From NCBI GenBank assembly GCA_963826065.1, contig CAWGVP010000002.1, forward strand, positions 243,361-307,360: a DNA stretch of 64,000 nucleotides, given 5' to 3'. The notes below the pieces were generated by a model. The model ran no database searches, was not told the origin of the DNA, and was given only the letters and a program-made list of their open reading frames with translations. The stretch's first letter is position 1; every line of letters begins with the position of its first letter. The position numbers and the translations under genes are program-made. Of the stretch, positions 45,001 to 53,611 are shown in pieces. The DNA is from an uncultured Gemmatimonadales bacterium (GTDB lineage: Bacteria; Gemmatimonadota; Gemmatimonadetes; Gemmatimonadales; GWC2-71-9).

Positions 45001-45529
45001 CGACCTGGTCGGTGCGCGCCAGTCGCTGATCCAGGCGATCCGGGAAATCGACGGCACCGCGCGCACCATGTTCGTCGAAACCTTCACCGCGGTACAGGGC
45101 AACTTCCTCCGGGTCTTCCAGACCCTCTTCGGCGGTGGCGAGTGCGAACTCCGGCTGGCCAACCCCGACGACCCGCTGGAGAGCGAGATCGACATCCACG
45201 CGGCTCCGCGGGGCAAGCGGACGCAGCGAATCCATCTGCTGTCCTCGGGGGAGCGGACCCTGGTCGCGGTCTCGCTGCTCTTCAGCATCTACCTCACCAA
45301 GCCGAGCCCCTTCTGCTTGATGGACGAGGTGGACGCCCCACTCGACGATGCCAATGTCGGCCGCTTCACCCGGCTGCTGGACGAGTTCAAGGGCGGCACC
45401 CAGTTCCTGGTCATTACTCACAATCCCCGGACCATGCAGGCGGCCGACGCCGTGTACGGTGTGACCATGCAGGAGCCCGGGGTGTCCACGATCGTGGGCG
45501 TCAAGCTGGGGGAGCGCGAGCACGCCTAG
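42059..45529 (+). CDS. smc: chromosome segregation protein SMC
   Basis: [16 protein letters not shown]...[25 protein letters not shown]; long coiled coils; [16 protein letters not shown]...[13 protein letters not shown]. Confidence 0.95.
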   Translation: [1156 protein letters not shown]

Positions 45530-45583
45530 GGGCGGGCTTCTGGCCCAGGGCTTGCTTTGGCAGCAGATTTTCGTGGTGGGTTC

Positions 45584-45655
45584 GCCAGCCTGGCTGGGGT
45601 CTGTCATCCCGGCTGGGGCTATCATCCCGGCTGGGGCTATCGTCCCGGCTGGGAT
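45584..45655. repeat. tandem 18-bp repeat (T(G/A)TCATCCCGGCTGGGGC x3 plus a degenerate leading copy)
   Basis: 45602-45619, 45620-45637, 45638-45655 nearly identical; unit begins with the REP arm seed GTCATCC. Confidence 0.8.
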
Positions 45656-45656
45656 T

Positions 45657-45755
45657 GTCATCCCGAGCAGAGCGAGGGATCGGCCAGTCCATTGAGAGTG
45701 AGTCCCGGCGCTCACTCGCATGAGCGGCCCGATCCCTCGCTCCGCTCGGGATGAC
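45657..45755. repeat. REP-like long hairpin with nested inner hairpin
   Basis: Arms GTCATCCCGAGCAGAGCGAGGGATCGGCC (45657-45685) and GGCCCGATCCCTCGCTCCGCTCGGGATGAC (45726-45755); inner GAGTGAG-N8-CTCACTC 45696-45717. Confidence 0.85.
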
Positions 45756-45784
45756 ACGTTGGACGCCGCAACCGGAGACCCCGA

Positions 45785-46825
45785 ATGCTCGTCGTCATGC
45801 GCCACGGCGCCCCGCAGGAAGACATCGACCGGGTGGTCGCCACCATCGAGGAGATGGGGTACCAGGCGCGTCCCATGCCGGGTAAGCAGCGCACCACGGT
45901 CGGACTCGTGGGCAACGACGGCCGGGTGGACGGCTCGCGGCTCGAGGCCCTGCCGGGTGTGCAGGAGATTCTCCACGTCACCAAGGCCTACAAGCAGGTG
46001 TCCCGGGAATGGAAGCCCGAGCCGACGGTGGTTCGGCTGCCCGGGGGGCTCAGCATCGGCGGCGACGAAGTTCTGGTCATGGCGGGCCCCTGCTCCGTGG
46101 AGAGCGAGCGGCAGATTCTCGACGCGGCGCAGGCAGTGCGGGAGGCGGGTGCGACCGTGCTCCGCGCCGGCGCCTTCAAGCCGCGCAGCTCGCCCTACTC
46201 GTTCCAGGGACTGGGGCGCGCGGGGCTGCGCCTGCTCGCCCGGGCGCGGGAAGAGACGGGTCTCCTGATCGTGACCGAGGCGATGGACGCCGAAGGGCTG
46301 GAGCACGTGCTCGAGGTGGCCGACATCGTGCAGATCGGCGCCCGGAACATGCAGAACTATTCCCTGCTCAAGCACGCCGGCCGAGCCAGGAAGCCGATCC
46401 TCCTGAAGCGGGGACTCTCCGCCACCATTCAGGAGCTGCTGCTCTCGGCGGAATACATTCTCGCCGAGGGAAATCCCGACGTGATCCTCTGCGAGCGCGG
46501 CGTGCGCGGCTTCGATACCACCACGCGCAATCTCTTCGACCTGAGTGCCGTCCCGGTGGTCCACGGCCTGTCCCACCTGCCGATCGTGGCCGATCCCAGC
46601 CACGGCACGGGCCACCGGGACATGGTGATTCCCATGGCGCGGGCGGCGGTCGCCGCCGGAGCCGACGGGCTCCTCGTGGAGGTGCACCCGACGCCGGATC
46701 GCGCGCTCTCCGATGGAGCCCAGAGCCTCTACCCCGAGCAGTTCGACCGGCTCATGCGGGAGACCAGGCTGATCGTGGAGGCCATCGGCCGGCGCCTGCC
46801 CGAGCCCGCGGGGGCGCGGACATGA
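45785..46825 (+). CDS. aroF: 3-deoxy-7-phosphoheptulonate (DAHP) synthase, type I-beta with N-terminal ferredoxin-like regulatory domain
   Basis: [25 protein letters not shown]...; GPCSVES...[19 protein letters not shown]...QIGARNMQN...DPSHG. Confidence 0.9.
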   Translation: MLVVMRHGAPQEDIDRVVATIEEMGYQARPMPGKQRTTVGLVGNDGRVDGSRLEALPGVQEILHVTKAYKQVSREWKPEPTVVRLPGGLSIGGDEVLVMAGPCSVESERQILDAAQAVREAGATVLRAGAFKPRSSPYSFQGLGRAGLRLLARAREETGLLIVTEAMDAEGLEHVLEVADIVQIGARNMQNYSLLKHAGRARKPILLKRGLSATIQELLLSAEYILAEGNPDVILCERGVRGFDTTTRNLFDLSAVPVVHGLSHLPIVADPSHGTGHRDMVIPMARAAVAAGADGLLVEVHPTPDRALSDGAQSLYPEQFDRLMRETRLIVEAIGRRLPEPAGART

Positions 46826-47502
46826 GGCAACTGGGTCGGTTTCCGCGGACGGCATTCGGGGTCGCTCTGCTCGTAGCGGCGGCCCTAGGCGTTGCCGTCC
46901 CGCTCCACGGCCAGGATGCCCAGTCGATCATCGGCCGATCGTCGCGAGTCTATCGCTCGCTCGCCAGCATGAGCGCGGACTTCGTGCAGGTGATCGACAA
47001 TCCGATGATCGACAGCGCGGAAAGCAGGGGCACGCTGGTGCAGGCGGGACCGGCAAAGCTGGCGATGCGGTTTACCGACCCTCCAGGAGAGGCCATCGTC
47101 ATCGACGGGCAGTATGTCTGGGTCTACACGCCGAGCACCGTGCCAGGACAGGTCGTGCGCTTGCGCGCGCCCAGCGGCGGACCGGTCTACGGGTACAATC
47201 TCCTCGCCTGGTTCCTCGACCGGCCCGCGGAGCGATACCAAGCGAAGTATCTTCGGGAAGAGAAGATCGGCCCCCGAACGATGGACGTGGTCGAACTGAT
47301 TCCGGCCGTGCCCGACCTCCCGTTCGAGCGGGCCGTGCTGTGGCTGGATCGAGAGGATGCCCTGCCCCGCCGGCTGGAGATCAGCGAGCAGAGCGGCGCC
47401 CTGAGGACGCTCTCGCTGTCCAAGCTGCGGCTCAATCGTACGGTTCCCGACGAGTCCTTCGAGTTCAAGGTCCCCCCGGGGGTGCGGGTGGTGGATCAGT
47501 GA
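46822..47502 (+). CDS. lolA: LolA-like outer-membrane lipoprotein carrier family protein
   Basis: Signal peptide, ...ADFVQV...[28 protein letters not shown]; ATGA overlap with DAHP synthase. Confidence 0.6.
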   Translation: MRQLGRFPRTAFGVALLVAAALGVAVPLHGQDAQSIIGRSSRVYRSLASMSADFVQVIDNPMIDSAESRGTLVQAGPAKLAMRFTDPPGEAIVIDGQYVWVYTPSTVPGQVVRLRAPSGGPVYGYNLLAWFLDRPAERYQAKYLREEKIGPRTMDVVELIPAVPDLPFERAVLWLDREDALPRRLEISEQSGALRTLSLSKLRLNRTVPDESFEFKVPPGVRVVDQ

Positions 47503-49067
47503 GCCTGGGGCACCGAGGGTCCCAGGCCCAGCAGGGCCTGGGGTGAGGTCGTTCCGCGCACCAGCTCCACCGCCCGCTGAATCTGCCGGTCGTCCGCCGC
47601 ACGGCGGCGCCGCTCCGCGGACAGTCCGAAGGTGTAACGGGCGATCTCGTAGCCCAGTTGCTCGTCCACGATCCGCGTCCCGCCGCCGAACACGCTATCG
47701 GCCATCTGCAGGCCTCGGTCCTGAAGCCTCCGCCGCACCTCCGCACGCATCGCGGGCGTCACCTGAAACCCTTCGGTAGAGATTGCGCTGCCTTTCCGCA
47801 GCTCCAGCGCATAGGCGGTCAGCACGTCGCGGAACACCGGGATCTGTCCGCCCAACGACTGGGCGAACAGGGATTCGGTATCGCTGAGCGTATCCGCTCC
47901 GAGCACGACGTCCGGCACTAGTCCGGCACTCGCCTGGAGTCTGCGCCCGCCGGTGGAATAGGTCGCCTCCTGTCTGGGCGCGGGATCGGCACCCATCACG
48001 GAATCGAGCGCCAGACCCTGGATCGAGCGCCCGCTCGGCGTGTACCAGCGCGCCGTCGTCAGACGCAGCGCCAGATCGTGGGACAGAGTAAACACGGTCT
48101 GCACGATGCCCTTGCCGTACGTGGTGTCGCCCACGATCAAGGCCCGATCGTGATCCTGGAGCGCCCCGGCGATGATCTCGGCCGCACTGGCGGTTCCGCC
48201 ACTCACCAGGACGACGACCGGCAGGCCGGGCCAGCGCTGCACGCGATCGTCACTCCAACGGTGGTTGTCGCCCGGCGCGCGGCCACGGCTCACGAGGATC
48301 TCCAGCCCCGGGTCCAGGAACACGTCGGCCGCCTGCACAGCCTCGTCCCGAAGCCCGCCGGGGTTGCCGCGAAGGTCGAGGAGCAGCGCCCGCATTCCCT
48401 GTTGCATGAGGTGGGCGACCTCCTGCTCCAGCTCGTCGGCCGCGTTCTCCCGGACCATCGTCATGCTGAGGTAGCCGACGCTGTCGGGCAGCAGCAGGCC
48501 GGGCGGGACGGCGCGTTGGTGGATTCGCTCACGGACCAGGCGAAAGCGCAGCGGCTGGGCAGCGCCCTCCCGCCGGATCGCGATGTCGAGCGGCGTGCCG
48601 AGCCGGCCCCGCATGGCGCCCACGGCTCGCTCGAGCGTCCAGCCCTGCGCGGGCTGGCCGTCGACCTCGAAGAGCTGGTCTCCCGTTCGGATCCCGGCCC
48701 GATCCGCCGGAGACTCCTGCATGGGGCTCACGACGGTCACCCATCCGTTTCGCGCGTCCACCAGCAGCCCGATCCCGGCATAGTCTCCGGTGGTGCGCTC
48801 GACATGCCGCTCGAGGTCCTGCCCGACCAGCAGAGCGGCGTAGGGATCCTTCAGCCGACCGAGCAGGCCGTCGGTCGCCTTGCGGTAGAGGTCGGTCTCA
48901 CCGATGGAGTCCACGTGGTAGTCGCGAACGTGGGCGAGGACGGTCTCGAAGAGCCGGGCCTCCTGGTACACGTCGCCGTTGGGCGCGAGCTGCCGCTGGA
49001 GGAGCCACCCGCTGGTAAAGCAGGTCACCATCGCGGCTGCCGCGAGCACCTTCCACCGTCGGGGCAT
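47496..49067 (-). CDS. S41 family C-terminal processing peptidase (PDZ-containing)
   Basis: N-terminal TM; PDZ GIRTGDQLFEVDG; catalytic GGTASAAEIIAGALQD...TYGKGIVQ. Confidence 0.9.
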   Translation of the reverse strand: MPRRWKVLAAAAMVTCFTSGWLLQRQLAPNGDVYQEARLFETVLAHVRDYHVDSIGETDLYRKATDGLLGRLKDPYAALLVGQDLERHVERTTGDYAGIGLLVDARNGWVTVVSPMQESPADRAGIRTGDQLFEVDGQPAQGWTLERAVGAMRGRLGTPLDIAIRREGAAQPLRFRLVRERIHQRAVPPGLLLPDSVGYLSMTMVRENAADELEQEVAHLMQQGMRALLLDLRGNPGGLRDEAVQAADVFLDPGLEILVSRGRAPGDNHRWSDDRVQRWPGLPVVVLVSGGTASAAEIIAGALQDHDRALIVGDTTYGKGIVQTVFTLSHDLALRLTTARWYTPSGRSIQGLALDSVMGADPAPRQEATYSTGGRRLQASAGLVPDVVLGADTLSDTESLFAQSLGGQIPVFRDVLTAYALELRKGSAISTEGFQVTPAMRAEVRRRLQDRGLQMADSVFGGGTRIVDEQLGYEIARYTFGLSAERRRRAADDRQIQRAVELVRGTTSPQALLGLGPSVPQAH

Positions 49068-49104
49068 GGGATACCTCGTGAGGAATGACTCCGCGGGATA
49101 CTTG

Positions 49105-49971
49105 TCAGTAAGGATCGGAGGGGCGGAAAGTTTCGTTCAGCGCGTCCCCCATCCGGGCCGCGGCCTCTTCGGGAAGTCCCGCCTCGCGGGCCAGCCGCAG
49201 CGCTTCCCGAGCGAGGAGAAGATAGAGCTTCCGATCGGCCGGCCCGAGCGCCGCCAGGTGAGCCACCACGGTCTCGACGTCCCCGCGGCGCACCGGTCCG
49301 GTCAGGGCGGCGGCAGGCCCCACCTCCAGGTTTGCGGCCGCGCCCCGTATCAGCGGCAGGTAGAGCCGGCGCGCGACGTCGGGGTGAATGCCCGCGTCCA
49401 CGGCCAGGCGCTCCGCGACGGCGACGAGGGCGGTGGTGTAGTTCGCGGCGAAGGCCGCGCCCGCGTGATAGGCTGCCTTCGCCTCCGCGGGGATGCGAAC
49501 CGGCGTCATGTGCAGCGAGGACGCGAGGGCTCCGGCGGCCGCGAGGGCCCGCTCGTCGCCTTCGACGCCGGCGTAGGCTCCGGCGAAACGGGCGGCGGCC
49601 GTGGCGGGGTCCGAGACGGTTTGCAGCGGATGGAGCGAACCCAGGGCGGCACCGGTGGCGTCGAGCGGTGCCAGCGCCCGGCGGTCCCGCAGACCCGAGA
49701 GGTGCAGCACCGCGTGGCGGCGATGAACGGCGCCCTCCGCGGCGAGCTCGCCGGCGAGCTCGCCGATCGCGCCGTCGGGCACCGCGAGCACGATGACGTC
49801 GGCATCGCGGAGCGCGGCCCCGCGAGGGCCTTCGTGCAGACGCAACGGCGGCGCGACCGGATGGGACGATCGGGACATGAGTATGACGCGGTGCCCCGCG
49901 TCCCGCAGCGCGAGCGCCAGTCCCTGTCCCATTCGCCCCGCGCCGAGGATCGCCACCGTGGGCTGTGTCAC
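49105..49971 (-). CDS. Rossmann-like + DUF2520 domain protein
   Basis: VAILGAGRMGQGLALAL NAD(P)-binding loop; C-terminal YHAGAAFAANY...LTGPVRRGD as I recall for DUF2520. Confidence 0.65.
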   Translation of the reverse strand: MTQPTVAILGAGRMGQGLALALRDAGHRVILMSRSSHPVAPPLRLHEGPRGAALRDADVIVLAVPDGAIGELAGELAAEGAVHRRHAVLHLSGLRDRRALAPLDATGAALGSLHPLQTVSDPATAAARFAGAYAGVEGDERALAAAGALASSLHMTPVRIPAEAKAAYHAGAAFAANYTTALVAVAERLAVDAGIHPDVARRLYLPLIRGAAANLEVGPAAALTGPVRRGDVETVVAHLAALGPADRKLYLLLAREALRLAREAGLPEEAAARMGDALNETFRPSDPY

Positions 49972-50064
49972 CGGACGCTCCGGAGAAAAGCCTGCGGAAA
50001 CCAGCGAGCCCGGCCGCCCTTCGGGGCGGGCCGGGCCCGGGTCAATCTTGAACGGTGGGGGAGC

Positions 50065-51711
50065 TCAGTTTCGTGCTTGATCCGGCTGACGGCCTGCAAT
50101 TGCCAGACCCAGCAGCTCCTTCGGCGTCTGCGCCTGGCGCAGAAGGCCGAGCGCGGTCTGCATCTGCTTGTCGTCCGCCGCGCGGCGCTTGAACTCCGCC
50201 GGCCGGCCGAACACGTACCGCGCGATCTCGTAGCCGAGCTGCTCGTCGATCAGCCGGGCGCCTTGATTGAACTCCTTCGCCGTCAGCTCGACGCCCTTCG
50301 ACTTGAGCTGCTGGAAGACCTGCTGGCGCATCTCCGGCGTGACGCTGAACGTCTCGCTGGTGATCTTCTTCCCGCTCTTTTGCTGTAGCGCCAGTCCGGT
50401 GAGGACATCGCGATACTGCGGCAGGTTCGAGCCGAGCGCCTGGGCAAACTCCCGCTCGGCGTCGGTCAGGGTGTCGAATCGGACCACCAGGTCGGGGACG
50501 ATGCCCCCGCCGCCCCGGACGATCCGCCCGGCACCGGTCCGATAGACCGGGCGGCTCCGGATCGCCGAATCGCTCGCTGAAGGATCGGGCTCGCCCAGCA
50601 TCGTGTCGCTCGCCTCGAGAGCCGCCTGCTCCACCTGCTCCTCTTCGCTCTCGACAGTGCGTTGAATCGTCCGGCCGCTGGGGGTGAACCAGCGGGCGGT
50701 GGTGAGCTTGAGGGCGACCCCTTCGCCCAGCGGGAACAGGGTCTGCACCAGTCCCTTGCCGAACGTCGGCGTTCCCACCACCACCGCGCGGTCGTGGTCC
50801 TGAAGCGCCCCGGCGACGATCTCCGCCGCACTGGCGGTCCCTTCGTTCACCAGCACGACGATCGGCAGCTCCGGCCACGCCTGCCGCGCGTCGTCGAAGA
50901 ACTGCTTCGTCGAGCCTCGAGCGCGCCCGCGAGTCGAGACGATCTCCTGCTTGGAGTCGAGGAAGAGATCCGAGACCTCGACGCCCTGGTCGAGCAGGCC
51001 GCCGGGATTGAAGCGGAGGTCGAGGATGAGCGACTTCATCCCCTTCCGCTTCATCGCCGTGATCTCCTGCCGCAACTCTCCCGCGGAAGTCTCGCTCACC
51101 GGGTTGAGGGAGATGTAGCCGACGCCACCGTCGAACATGGTGCCGGCCGGCACGGAGCGGATGTGGATCTGGGCCCGGGTCAGGGGATACTTGATGGGCT
51201 CGGTCAGGCCGGACCGCCGCACCGTGATGGTGATCTTGCTGCCGGGAGCGCCCCGCAGGGCCTTGACCGCTTCGTCGTTTTTCCAGCCCTCGGTGGACTT
51301 GCCGTCCACTTCGATGATCTGGTCACCGGTCTGCACGCCGGCCCGTTCCGCCGGTGTCTCGGGCAATGGCGCCACCACGGTGATCCATCCGTCGCGCACG
51401 TCGATCTGGATGCCCAGACCCGCGTAGTTGCCCGAGGTCTGCTCGGTCAGGGCCTTATAGTCGTCGCCGGTGAGCAGCACGGAGTACGGGTCCTTGAGCT
51501 GCTCCAGCATGCCCTGCGTGGCCTTTTCGTACAGATCGGTCTCGCCCAGGGAGTCCACGTAGTAGGCGCTCACATGACCCAGCACGTCGTCGAACAGGCG
51601 GGCCTGCTGATAGACATTCCCACCCACCCCGACGCCGCGCTGCAGCAGCCAGCCGCCGCTCAGGAAGGAGATGACGGATACCGTGAGGATCACGCCCCAG
51701 CGCTGCTTCAT
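50065..51711 (-). CDS. S41 family C-terminal processing peptidase (second paralog)
   Basis: GVQTGDQIIEVDG PDZ; EGTASAAEIVAGALQD...TFGKGLVQ; ATG 51711 preceded by GGAGG. Confidence 0.9.
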   Translation of the reverse strand: MKQRWGVILTVSVISFLSGGWLLQRGVGVGGNVYQQARLFDDVLGHVSAYYVDSLGETDLYEKATQGMLEQLKDPYSVLLTGDDYKALTEQTSGNYAGLGIQIDVRDGWITVVAPLPETPAERAGVQTGDQIIEVDGKSTEGWKNDEAVKALRGAPGSKITITVRRSGLTEPIKYPLTRAQIHIRSVPAGTMFDGGVGYISLNPVSETSAGELRQEITAMKRKGMKSLILDLRFNPGGLLDQGVEVSDLFLDSKQEIVSTRGRARGSTKQFFDDARQAWPELPIVVLVNEGTASAAEIVAGALQDHDRAVVVGTPTFGKGLVQTLFPLGEGVALKLTTARWFTPSGRTIQRTVESEEEQVEQAALEASDTMLGEPDPSASDSAIRSRPVYRTGAGRIVRGGGGIVPDLVVRFDTLTDAEREFAQALGSNLPQYRDVLTGLALQQKSGKKITSETFSVTPEMRQQVFQQLKSKGVELTAKEFNQGARLIDEQLGYEIARYVFGRPAEFKRRAADDKQMQTALGLLRQAQTPKELLGLAIAGRQPDQARN

Positions 51712-51774
51712 ACCTGCCTCCACTCCTCGGAATGACGCGGTCCGGCACCGTTTACCGAGCCCCGACGATTCAAC

Positions 51775-52418
51775 TTAACTCGTAACCGCGCCGAACCGGT
51801 CCGGCGCCAGCTTGAAGATCTCCGCCCAGGCGGCTTGCAAGAGCCGGTCCGGAGGAAGGCTGCCGTCCAAATGTCGCACTCCATCCCCACCGGCCGCCAG
51901 ATAGTAGGCGGCCACGCGGCGACGGAACTCGACGGTTTCGCGGTCCAGCCGATCGAGCGGCTTTCCGCCCGCAACTTGTCGCGCTTGGCCCACTTCCGGC
52001 GCCAGATCGAGAATCAGGGTGAGGTCCGGTACGAGTCCATCCGCCGCCGCGCGACTGGCCGGCAGAACCACCTCGGGCGGCAGACCCGCGGCCGGCCATC
52101 TGATAGGCCTCTGTGGAGAGCGCGAAACGGTCCGAGAGCACCACTTTGCCGTCGGCGAGCGCCGGACGGATCAAGCTCTGCACCAGGTCGGCCCGGGCTG
52201 CCAGGTAAAAGAAAAGCTCCGAAACGGGGCCGAGGTGGTGGTCGGGATCCAGCACGGCGGTTCTGGCGAGTCTCGGCCGCCCGAGTGCCCCCGGGCTCCC
52301 GGACGACCAGGGGGTCGAGCCCGGCACGCCGCATCCGGTCGGTCAGGGCGACAGCCAGCGTGGACTTCCCCGAACCCTCCGGCCCCTCGAGCACCAGGAA
52401 CAGTCCGGGCCGATTCAT
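51775..52418 (-). pseudogene. tmk: thymidylate kinase, interrupted by two +1 frame shifts at G runs (probable sequence errors)
   Basis: Frame 0: [25 protein letters not shown]...VVREPGG. Frame +1: [67 protein letters not shown]. Frame +2: [27 protein letters not shown]...DRLDRETVEFRRRV. Switch points at C5 run 52288-52292 and C3 run 52085-52087 (plus strand). Confidence 0.85.
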
Positions 52419-52768
52419 CCCAGCGTGATGATGCTGCTGGTCGCGCCCTTTTCCATGCCTTCGCTGATCTGCTGGTTCACCCGCGCCATCAGCTTCTCGA
52501 AGTTGGCACGCGCCACGACGTAGGCCTGGCCGACCGGGCTGGTCTCCAGGTCTCGCACGGCGCCCTCGTACGCGTCCGAGGTGGCCTGGTCGGGCATCTG
52601 CCCCTGGGCGATCGCCTGGTCGACCTGGCGCGCCAGAGTCTGGATCTGATCCAGCTTGGTGACCGTCTCCTTGTCCTCGCGCAGGGAGGACTCCGCGCGC
52701 CGCAGCGCCTGGTACTCCGAAGACTGGCCGATCTGACGCCCCAGCTCCTGTGCCTTGTCCCAGATCAC
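52415..52768 (-). CDS. YlbF/YmcA/YheA (PF06133-like) family protein
   Basis: (M)[35 protein letters not shown]...; GTG 52768 with AAGGAG 9 nt upstream; GTGA and ATGA overlaps with prmC and tmk. Confidence 0.55.
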   Translation of the reverse strand: MIWDKAQELGRQIGQSSEYQALRRAESSLREDKETVTKLDQIQTLARQVDQAIAQGQMPDQATSDAYEGAVRDLETSPVGQAYVVARANFEKLMARVNQQISEGMEKGATSSIITLG

Positions 52769-53610
52769 GATTGTGCGCTCCTTCGAGCGAGCAGGTAGCG
52801 CTCGCGTCCGAAAAGGTCGGCGTGAATGGCGATGTCCATCCAGCCCAATGCGCCCGCCTGCGCGGCAACGGCCGCCGCCCGGGTGCAGTCCACTTCCAAG
52901 GCGAGCCACCCTCCGCCGCGCAGCACCCTCCGCGTCTCCTGAAGCAGGCGGCCGGTGGCGTGCAGCCCGTCGGGTCCGCTCACCAGCGCCGCGGCCGGCT
53001 CCCATCGCTTCACCGACGGGTCCAGTGCCGCGTACTCCGCTTCCGTAAGATAGGGGGGATTGGACACGACCGCGTCGAAGGATGCGGCGCGGAGAGGCTG
53101 ACACAGGTCGCCGCGCATCAGGTCCACCCGTGCGCCGACGGCGTCGCGATTGGCCCTCGCCAGCGCCAGCGCCGTCGCCGAGACATCCACCGCCGCCACC
53201 TGGGCGAAGCCACCCTCCGTGGCGAGACTGAGCGCCAGACACCCGCTGCCGGTACCTATGTCCGCGACCCGGCCGGTGCGAACCCGCGCGAGCAGCAGGT
53301 CTACCAGCCCCTCGGTCTCGGGGCGCGGAATGAGTGCTCGGCGGTCGCTGAGGAGATCCAGTGTCCGGAATCCGGCGCGGCCGGTCACGTGGGCGAGCGG
53401 CTCGCCCGCGACCCGCCGGCCCACCGCCCGCCTGAGCGCCGATGCGGCGGCAACGTCCGCCTCCGCCTCGCCGTCGAGCAACACCTCCACCGGCGATCCG
53501 CCCCGAAGCTCCGACCAGAGCCGCAGCGCTTCGCGCCGCGGCTCGGCTACGCCCGCCGACGACAGCGCGGCCGTCGCCTCGGCGATCAGCGACCGGCGGG
53601 TGGACGCCAC
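52765..53610 (-). CDS. prmC: peptide chain release factor N5-glutamine methyltransferase
   Basis: [22 protein letters not shown]; GTG 53610 one nt after prfA stop. Confidence 0.9.
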   Translation of the reverse strand: MASTRRSLIAEATAALSSAGVAEPRREALRLWSELRGGSPVEVLLDGEAEADVAAASALRRAVGRRVAGEPLAHVTGRAGFRTLDLLSDRRALIPRPETEGLVDLLLARVRTGRVADIGTGSGCLALSLATEGGFAQVAAVDVSATALALARANRDAVGARVDLMRGDLCQPLRAASFDAVVSNPPYLTEAEYAALDPSVKRWEPAAALVSGPDGLHATGRLLQETRRVLRGGGWLALEVDCTRAAAVAAQAGALGWMDIAIHADLFGRERYLLARRSAQS

Positions 53611-53611
53611 G

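Noticed and set aside
45584-45655. Possible CRISPR array (regular short repeats).
   Set aside because: The 18-bp units are directly tandem with no spacers, there are only 3-4 copies, and no cas genes are in the window. This is a minisatellite attached to a REP element.
51775-52418. Programmed ribosomal frameshifting in tmk and the other split genes.
   Set aside because: I saw no slippery heptamer or stimulatory structure. The two tmk breaks, and probably the DUF2232-like one, coincide with G/C homopolymer runs. Two occur within one short essential gene, and prfA, unlike prfB, has no known recoding. Sequence error is the simpler explanation until reads are checked.
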